DNA of 37,254 nt from assembly GCA_027068675.1 (NCBI GenBank), contig JAMOMH010000067.1:1-37254 (forward strand). The letters are read 5' to 3'. Source of the DNA: Sedimenticola sp. GTDB lineage: Bacteria; Pseudomonadota; Gammaproteobacteria; Chromatiales; Chromatiaceae. A program made the position numbers and the translations under genes. Shown here one piece after another: positions 6,881 to 13,774 of the stretch. The first letter of the stretch is position 1. The number at the start of each line of letters is the position of its first letter. The notes beneath the pieces were generated by a model. That model ran no database searches and had not been told where the DNA came from. It was given only the letters and a program-made list of their open reading frames with translations.

Positions 6881-9487
6881 ATGGTTCAACCCAATGAGAG
6901 ATATCAGCTAAAGTCGCTATTATCACCCACATTCTACATTGAACGGCTAAGCAACCGTCCTGACTCAGAGCACGAGCAGGCGTTGATACGCATTATTTTA
7001 GTCTGCTGCGCACTAAGTTATCTTCTCCTCCACGCACCTCAAGATGAGATTGAAGCCAAAGCCTTAGCTATTTGCGTCAAGCTCACAACCATTGCTTTGG
7101 CCTTTAGCATCGGTCTATTTTTCATCATCCTGCTACAACCAGGCCGCTCTGTGCCTCGACGTATCATCGGAGCAGTGGTCGATATGTCGCTATTAAGCGC
7201 CTGTATGTCGATCATGAATGATCTAGTCGCACCCTGGTACGGCATCTACCTCTGGGTCACTTTTGGTAATGGCTTTCGATACAATGAGAAGTATCTCTAC
7301 CTATCAGGTAGCTTGGCTGTTATTGGTTTTGGCATTGTTATCCTCATCACACCTTTTTGGCAGCAAAACAGTAGCCTAGCCATTGGCCTGCTGATCACTC
7401 TGATTGTTCTACCGGGTTACGCTGCCGTTCTGGTTAAACGAATCAACACTATGCGAAAAAAAGCGGAGGAGGCCAGCCGTGCAAAGAGTGATTTTTTAGC
7501 CCGAATGAGTCACGAAATCCGCACCCCTCTCAATGGTATTATCGGCACCAGCGACCTCCTCAATACCTGCCAACTAGACAAAGAGGAGCGAGAGTATGCC
7601 AACACCATCTTTGCATCAGGCCAGACACTACTGCAGCTTGTAGAAGATATTCTTGATATATCTAAAATTGAAGCTGGTAAGCTCACCATTGAGCATACTG
7701 AGTTTGATCTGCACAATCTCATCCACAGAACAACGCGTATGCTCACCTCCCAGGCTGAAGCAAAGGGGTTACGTCTACTCACTCATATTGACCCAAATCT
7801 TCCCTATTTAGTTTATGGTGACCCACTCCACATCCGGCAAATATTGATCAATCTCATTGGGAACTCAATCAAATTTACAGCCAAAGGTTATATCAATGTC
7901 AGCTGTCAGGTCGTCGAAAAAGGGGCGTTAAATAACAAAATTCTCTTTGAAATTTTAGATACGGGCATCGGCATTCCTGAAGATAAACAGGCAGGTATTT
8001 TCAATAAGTTTACCCAAGCGGATGAGAGCACCACCCGCCAATTTGGGGGGACAGGTTTAGGAACAACCATCTCTAAACAACTCGTTGAACTTATGGGTGG
8101 GGAGATTGGCTTTACCAGCACACCCGATATCGGCTGCGTCTTCTGGTTCAATCTTGAACTTGAATATAAAATACCTCTCTACAATAAGCCTGACAGCTCA
8201 CTACTTGAAGGGTGCAGAATTCTCCGAGTCTGCGACAAACTAGAAGCAACAACAGAACTCACCCAGCAACTGGAGAGGTGGAATCTACCCTACCAATCAA
8301 CCAGTAATATCCGCGACACCATACGCCTACTCATCAGTTACGCCACTAAAAAGTCCCCTTTTAATATTTTGATTCTCGATAGCCTCATCACTAGCTCAGA
8401 TATTAATGAGCTATTAACCACACTTCATGATGAGATCTCATTTAATGAAACAACTATTTTACTTATTGAAGGTGAGGCTTCTGTAACACTATCAACCCAT
8501 GATTCATCACTCCCTCTCCACTCTATTTCATCCCCCATAAACCAGCTACAGCTCTTCAATGCACTGCACGCATCGTATGCCGTAATAGAGAGCGGTGATC
8601 AGTTAAACAGCCTCACCGATAGACCACATCCACCGCAGCAAGAGACAACACTTAATATCCTTATTGCAGATGATAATAAGATCAACGGTATGGTAATTGG
8701 GCGGATTTTAGAAAAAGCAGGCTTGCAGCACACATTGGTGGAAAACGGCCAGGAAGCACTCGACAAATTGGAACAGGACAACCATTTTGACTTAGTCATT
8801 ATTGACATGCATATGCCGGTACTCGGTGGTATCAAGGCATACAAAACCTACAGCTTCGCCAATGCCAGCGCTGATAGAGTCCCCTTTATCATGCTAACGG
8901 CCAACGCAACGACTGAAGCGAGACTTGAGAGTCAAGCCATTGGCATCAAACACTTCCTCACCAAACCAATATCATCATCCCAACTGCTTGAAGAGGTCGC
9001 CAAAGCGACAAATCACGCTGAATTAAAACCTCTCGCTTCTCCCTATCCAGCCAACACACCACATAAAAATAAAGGGCAAAAGAGCAACAGCACGATAGAT
9101 TTCACCGTATTAAACGAGCTGATAGAACTATCCAGTAGCGACGATTTTCTACAACGTCTGCGTGATAACTTCATTCATGACGGTATACGCCTGATAGAGA
9201 GTATACGTAGCTCTCTTGCAAACAATCAGCACGCCTCTTTTAAAGAGCACGCCCACGCATTGAAAGGCTCAGCAGCCTATCTAGGCCTACACAAACTGGC
9301 CACTTATGCCTCCACTGCCAACCACCTATCGGATGACGAGTTCATCTCCCAAGGAGATGCCGTTCTGCAACAGATAGATAAGGCTTTCCTGCAAGCTAAA
9401 ACGGCACTTACAACAGAAGTAGAACGCCACTACAAGGCTCTAAAAAAACCGTCATCCTCTACAAAAAGAGACGATTTCAAGCTCTGA
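6881..9487 (+). CDS. Hybrid sensor histidine kinase (multi-TM sensor, HisKA, HATPase, degenerate REC, REC, Hpt), RpfC-like
   Basis: There are 5-6 predicted TM helices without large periplasmic loops. Motifs: H-box SHEIRTPLNGIIG, N/G boxes (LIGNSIKFT, DTGIGIP, GGTGLG), receiver ILIADDNKING...DLVIIDMHMPVLGG...LTKPI, and Hpt HAHALKGSAAYLGL. Convergent with the RpfF-like gene. Confidence 0.9.
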   Translation: MVQPNERYQLKSLLSPTFYIERLSNRPDSEHEQALIRIILVCCALSYLLLHAPQDEIEAKALAICVKLTTIALAFSIGLFFIILLQPGRSVPRRIIGAVVDMSLLSACMSIMNDLVAPWYGIYLWVTFGNGFRYNEKYLYLSGSLAVIGFGIVILITPFWQQNSSLAIGLLITLIVLPGYAAVLVKRINTMRKKAEEASRAKSDFLARMSHEIRTPLNGIIGTSDLLNTCQLDKEEREYANTIFASGQTLLQLVEDILDISKIEAGKLTIEHTEFDLHNLIHRTTRMLTSQAEAKGLRLLTHIDPNLPYLVYGDPLHIRQILINLIGNSIKFTAKGYINVSCQVVEKGALNNKILFEILDTGIGIPEDKQAGIFNKFTQADESTTRQFGGTGLGTTISKQLVELMGGEIGFTSTPDIGCVFWFNLELEYKIPLYNKPDSSLLEGCRILRVCDKLEATTELTQQLERWNLPYQSTSNIRDTIRLLISYATKKSPFNILILDSLITSSDINELLTTLHDEISFNETTILLIEGEASVTLSTHDSSLPLHSISSPINQLQLFNALHASYAVIESGDQLNSLTDRPHPPQQETTLNILIADDNKINGMVIGRILEKAGLQHTLVENGQEALDKLEQDNHFDLVIIDMHMPVLGGIKAYKTYSFANASADRVPFIMLTANATTEARLESQAIGIKHFLTKPISSSQLLEEVAKATNHAELKPLASPYPANTPHKNKGQKSNSTIDFTVLNELIELSSSDDFLQRLRDNFIHDGIRLIESIRSSLANNQHASFKEHAHALKGSAAYLGLHKLATYASTANHLSDDEFISQGDAVLQQIDKAFLQAKTALTTEVERHYKALKKPSSSTKRDDFKL

Positions 9488-9496
9488 GTCTCACAT

Positions 9497-9535
9497 ATAC
9501 TAAGAAGATCGTTGATATTGCGATCTTCTTAGTAT
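9497..9535. terminator. Perfect 15-bp-stem hairpin between the convergent kinase and crotonase genes (possible bidirectional terminator, no U-tract)
   Basis: ATACTAAGAAGATCG (9497-9511), 9-nt loop, CGATCTTCTTAGTAT (9521-9535). It fills the 50-nt gap between stop codons. No T-run follows on either strand, so the intrinsic-terminator call is weak. Confidence 0.4.
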
Positions 9536-9537
9536 CA

Positions 9538-10443
9538 TCAACCCACAAGTTCAACCAATGGCTTCACTTCTGAAGTTTTATTACCCCAACGCCGCCGCTG
9601 GGCACGCACCAAATACTCCATCACTCGAATATTTTTCTCAGAAAGTTGCATTGCAGTATCTACCCAAATACCAACAATATTCATCAACTCATCATAAGAG
9701 ACTGGATTAAACTCGGCCATCACACGATCGAGGCTATGCATACCTACTGAGCGGCTACGCTGGTGTTTGATAAAGTCATAAACAGCCTGTGTACCCTCTC
9801 CATTTGGCACGAGACGATCAACAATACCCATCTCATAAAGCTCTGCCGCACTATATATTTTACCGCTAGCAATGATCCGTTTGGCCAGAGATGGGTTCAA
9901 CTTACGCGCTAAAAAGCTAAAAGCACCCATACCAGGAAAAAGCCCAAACATCGTTTCAGGAAAGCCAAAAGTTGCTTGCTCTTCAGCGATCAGCACCTTA
10001 CTTGCCAAAGCGGTCTCAAAACCGCCACCTAACGCCTCCCCCTCTACCAGAGAGATCGTCGTGAAGGGAAGATCAAAACCTGTCGAAAAAGGGTAAAGCA
10101 CATCAATACATGCCTTGCCATACTGCATCAAACCCGCATGATCACCTTTTCGAATAAGTTCGATAAATTGTGCAAGATCACCACCCAAGTTAAACACACC
10201 TGGCAGTGTAGAGTTGGCAACCTGAAAAAGTAGACGATTCTCATCATCTGACTTCATCCCCTGTCGTGCAAAAGACTCAATACTCCTATTAGCTGAAGCA
10301 ATATCACTCAGCAGTGCATAGCTCATACACGGGCGCTCTGGGTATTTAAAAGAGCTCCATACCAACTGATGCTCAGGTTCATATCTGACCTCATAGTTAG
10401 GCGTTGTGATATTCAATGTTGAAAGCGTTTCTCTGTGATACAT
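9538..10443 (-). CDS. rpfF: Crotonase-fold DSF synthase (enoyl-CoA hydratase/thioesterase family, RpfF-like)
   Basis: Crotonase core with both catalytic Glu contexts (EALGGGFE and GFPE). The C-terminal half (FGLFPGMGAFSFLARK...IWVDTAMQLSEKNIRVMEYLVRAQRRR) closely resembles what I recall of Xanthomonas RpfF. The genomic context contains RpfC-like and RpfG-like genes. Confidence 0.8.
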   Translation of the reverse strand: MYHRETLSTLNITTPNYEVRYEPEHQLVWSSFKYPERPCMSYALLSDIASANRSIESFARQGMKSDDENRLLFQVANSTLPGVFNLGGDLAQFIELIRKGDHAGLMQYGKACIDVLYPFSTGFDLPFTTISLVEGEALGGGFETALASKVLIAEEQATFGFPETMFGLFPGMGAFSFLARKLNPSLAKRIIASGKIYSAAELYEMGIVDRLVPNGEGTQAVYDFIKHQRSRSVGMHSLDRVMAEFNPVSYDELMNIVGIWVDTAMQLSEKNIRVMEYLVRAQRRRWGNKTSEVKPLVELVG

Positions 10444-10720
10444 GCCCTTCTCCTGTTTTCTAGCTGTAGAACTACAAAATAATCGCTATGGACAACCTTT
10501 GCACAACGCATAACCATGCCGTACAAAAGCCTTATGTGAATGTTATTACTTCAGTGTGCAAAATACAGACCATCAAAACCCTTAGTTTCAGCATGGATTA
10601 ACTTTACATAGAAAATCAATTGATTAGTCGTATAATATTTTTTCAGTTCGGTTCATTCCCAAAAAGTACGCATCACTATTTTATTGGAGCGTCACCATTT
10701 TGGCATAAAGGAGCTTTAAC

Positions 10721-11323
10721 TTGTCAAAAATCCATCCCACTGTTACCGGCATTATTCTCGCAGGTGGTCGTGCACGACGCATGGACGAACGGGACAAAGG
10801 ACTTATTGAGCTTGAAGGGATGCCTCTCATCAAATACACCATCAACGCCCTCTCTCCACAGGTAGAGCAGTTGATGATTAACGCCAATCGTAATCAAGAG
10901 AGTTATGGTGAGTTTGGTTTTCCTGTCATCAGCGATCAAATCACAGGTTTTCTTGGGCCACTTGCTGGGATGGCAGCCGCTATTCAGAGTTGCGATAGTG
11001 ACTATATTTTAAGCATACCGTGCGATACACCTTGGGTGCCTAAAGATCTAGCCACAAGAATGTTGGCGGCCATTGAAAAGGAGCAAGCAGATCTCTGTGT
11101 TGCTCATGATGGTGAACGATTGCACCCCGTATTTGCGCTCATTAATCGCAATAGAATCAATAGCCTAACAAAGTATCTCAATTCAGGTGAGCGAGCCGTA
11201 CATCGCTGGTGCAAACAGCAACGGCTAGCCATTGCCGATTTTTCAGATCAACCCAAAGCATTCATCAACGTCAACACACCCGAGGAGCTGATAGCGGCAG
11301 CAGAGATAGTAAAATCTGCATAA
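10721..11323 (+). CDS. mobA: Molybdenum cofactor guanylyltransferase
   Basis: N-terminal GIILAGGRARRMDERDKGL, then PLAGM and PCDTPWVP motifs, and a FINVNTPEEL C-terminus, as in E. coli MobA. TTG start is preceded by AAAGGAG. Confidence 0.9.
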   Translation: MSKIHPTVTGIILAGGRARRMDERDKGLIELEGMPLIKYTINALSPQVEQLMINANRNQESYGEFGFPVISDQITGFLGPLAGMAAAIQSCDSDYILSIPCDTPWVPKDLATRMLAAIEKEQADLCVAHDGERLHPVFALINRNRINSLTKYLNSGERAVHRWCKQQRLAIADFSDQPKAFINVNTPEELIAAAEIVKSA

Positions 11324-11325
11324 CC

Positions 11326-13470
11326 CTATCCTTTACTCAGAATGACTTGATCCTTACCACTTGTTTTGGCTTTATACATAGCTTGATCAGCAAGCCGTAC
11401 CAAATCGAGATAGCTTTGTGCAGAGATGTTGGGGAAGGTTGCCACACCAATGCTCAGCGTGATATCTCTATCGGCCCAGCTGTAGTCATGCTCACGCGCC
11501 ATTTGCGCAATACGCTCGGCCATAACCATCGCCTGCTTTGAGTCTGTATTGGGCAGGACAGTGACAAACTCCTCACCACCATATCGAGCCACCAAATCCT
11601 CATTTCTGGAACCCTGACAAAAGTAGTTGGCCACTTGGCAGATGGCATCATCACCACGATCATGTCCATAGGTATCATTAACCAATTTAAAGTCATCAAT
11701 ATCTGCGAGGATAACCGTGAGCGGTTCGTTATGTCGCACAGCATGTGACCAGAGCTGATCCAGCCGCTCATTAATAAAACGTCGATTATATAGACCGGTC
11801 AGACCATCGGTAATTGAAATCTCCCTGATTTTGCCGTGCATGATGGCGTTATCAAGTGCAATTGAGATCTGATCAGCCAGATCATCAAACAGCTCCACCA
11901 CATCTTTTTTGTACGGCACCACACTGCCCAATAGCAAGACACCAATAGTCCGCTCTTTATAAACAAGTGGAATGTAAGCCACCTCACGTGGAACACATTG
12001 AGTGACGCCCAGCTCTATTTTCTCAGCAGGCTGACCACTACATGCAGGCACCATAATGGTTCGCTGATCCTTTGCCACTTGCCCTGGGTAACCTTCACCC
12101 AGGTTTAGGGGGCTAAGATTATCCTTTGTACCAAAATGGGCATGGGGCACAAGTTGGTTTTTGCTCTCACTCCAAAGGTAGATCACTCCCATCTGAGATT
12201 CAGTAATCTCAACCACCACCCCTAACGTCTGCTGCAACAGCTCCTCCAGATCAAGTGTAGACATTAGCAATTTGGCAACCGCACTATGTTTTTTCAGTCG
12301 CTCTTCACGCTGAAAAACACCTTTTGCCATATGATTAAAGCCCTCACCAAGCACTTCAAACTGATCACCTGTCTCAATTTGAACAGAGACATTCAGCTCA
12401 CCCTCACCAAAGCGTTTCAATGCTGCCAACAGTAGATTAAGCGGCTGTGTAATATCACTTCGAATAAGGTAGGTCACCCCTAATGAGAGGAGAAGCCCAA
12501 GGAAGACAACCACAGCAACCCCTTTACCCAACGCCATCACAAATTGAGAGTCAAACCCCTTCTCAGCTCTACTAACACCGATTGCACCTATAATTCTATT
12601 ACGACTATCTCTAATCGGCTCAAAGGCAGCAATCGCCGAGAGGCCAGCAATTTCCAGTGGGCCATAGTAGGGTTTGCCATGAGGAATAACATCTTTTAAA
12701 ACCTCTGGAATGACCTGCCCTAACACCCACGGTTTCCTTGGTCTGGAAGAGGTGAGATGCAGTGTAGCCCCCTCCGTAGGTTTACCCGCAAATAGGGTAA
12801 AATCAACACCGAGACGTTCCAATACACTATCACCCAACCAAGGATTTGCAGTCAGCAATACCCCTGCAACAACCGCCCCAGCTATTCGGCCATCAAATCG
12901 AATAGGCGTCGCCACAAATTGCACCACGGCAACATCTCTGATCACATTGGCCAACTCACTATTTTCTCGCACCAAAAAATCGCGACTCACCAACTCTGTT
13001 GCACTTGCTAACTCACCCTGCAACACGGCTCTAGAGAAAACCTCACCTAAATTAACCAAATCACCATATTCATTACCACGCCGAGCAACCACTCGCTGAT
13101 CACCATCAATGATCATCAAAGCGGTGACAAAACTAGCCTCTCGGCTGAACTCTAAGAGTAGCTTTTGCAGTTGTTGTTGATCCCGCTCTTGAAAAGCTTG
13201 GCGAAAATCGCTGCGTTGTGCCAACTGAGGAATCGATTGACGCAGCATTGCCGTCCGCTCTTCATAGACCACCTTAGCACCACGCAGGGCAAGCTTGATC
13301 TGCTCAGTGGACTCTTGCTGAAATTGACTTTGAAACAGGTTAAAAAAAATGATCACTAGCAATGAAAATGGCAGCCAGAAGAGGATCGATAGCGCCACTA
13401 TGGTTTTAGTGCCAATACCCAGCTTTGGTCTGTTTAGCTTGATAGACAGATCTTTTTGCACCATTCCCAC
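11326..13470 (-). CDS. Membrane sensor diguanylate cyclase (periplasmic Cache-like domain, HAMP, GAF, GGDEF)
   Basis: Two TM segments bracket a periplasmic domain of about 270 aa. HAMP (PLNLLLAALKRFGEGELN), a GAF-like region, and a GGDEF domain with an active GGEEF motif and an RxxD I-site five residues upstream (RNEDLVARYGGEEF). Confidence 0.9.
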   Translation of the reverse strand: MGMVQKDLSIKLNRPKLGIGTKTIVALSILFWLPFSLLVIIFFNLFQSQFQQESTEQIKLALRGAKVVYEERTAMLRQSIPQLAQRSDFRQAFQERDQQQLQKLLLEFSREASFVTALMIIDGDQRVVARRGNEYGDLVNLGEVFSRAVLQGELASATELVSRDFLVRENSELANVIRDVAVVQFVATPIRFDGRIAGAVVAGVLLTANPWLGDSVLERLGVDFTLFAGKPTEGATLHLTSSRPRKPWVLGQVIPEVLKDVIPHGKPYYGPLEIAGLSAIAAFEPIRDSRNRIIGAIGVSRAEKGFDSQFVMALGKGVAVVVFLGLLLSLGVTYLIRSDITQPLNLLLAALKRFGEGELNVSVQIETGDQFEVLGEGFNHMAKGVFQREERLKKHSAVAKLLMSTLDLEELLQQTLGVVVEITESQMGVIYLWSESKNQLVPHAHFGTKDNLSPLNLGEGYPGQVAKDQRTIMVPACSGQPAEKIELGVTQCVPREVAYIPLVYKERTIGVLLLGSVVPYKKDVVELFDDLADQISIALDNAIMHGKIREISITDGLTGLYNRRFINERLDQLWSHAVRHNEPLTVILADIDDFKLVNDTYGHDRGDDAICQVANYFCQGSRNEDLVARYGGEEFVTVLPNTDSKQAMVMAERIAQMAREHDYSWADRDITLSIGVATFPNISAQSYLDLVRLADQAMYKAKTSGKDQVILSKG

Positions 13471-13564
13471 CTCATTAAAAAATCACTATTTGGTTAGATA
13501 CAGCTCACTGACACTCAATAATTAACGAGAACCATCTCTCAAGTGTATAGATAGATATAGGGGA

Positions 13565-13774
13565 TAGGGAAGCTCTAAGGAACCTCTGAAGAAGCCATGA
13601 TTGTTTTAGACTGACTAAAATTGCTCCGATTTGTTTCGAAATGAGCTGCAATAGACCGATTATTACAGCTCATTTCGAAACAAATCGGAACAGTTTTATT
13701 TCAGCCTAAATTTTAGCTGAGCTTTAGCGAACCTTATGCTTTAGTACAACCAGACTTAATCAGGGGCTCCCTAA
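13565..13774. mobile_element. MITE-like repeat, copy B (full-length composite form with central perfect palindrome)
   Basis: Left end is TAA (13576-13578) + GGAACCTCTG, preceded by an extra solo TIR copy GGGAAGCTC (13567-13575). Right end is GGGGCTCCC + TAA (13772-13774). The centre has perfect 24-bp inverted arms at 13625-13648 and 13666-13689 with a 17-nt loop. The right half is about 98 percent identical, in reverse complement, to copy D over about 57 nt. Confidence 0.85.

Noticed and set aside
10535-10555. TGTGA half-site upstream of the RpfF-like gene as a CRP/Clp operator
   Set aside because: The second half-site matches only 3 of 5 positions (TTACT versus TCACA), which is indistinguishable from chance in an AT-rich intergenic region.
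10602-10635. TATAAT (10630-10635) with TTTACA upstream as the mobA or divergent promoter
   Set aside because: The spacer between the two hexamers is 22 nt, too long for a sigma-70 promoter, and no better -35 is present.
12710-13099. 129-aa + strand ORF inside the diguanylate cyclase gene
   Set aside because: It is antisense to a well-supported multi-domain gene, and its Pro/Ser/Thr/Arg-rich composition is typical of a shadow frame.
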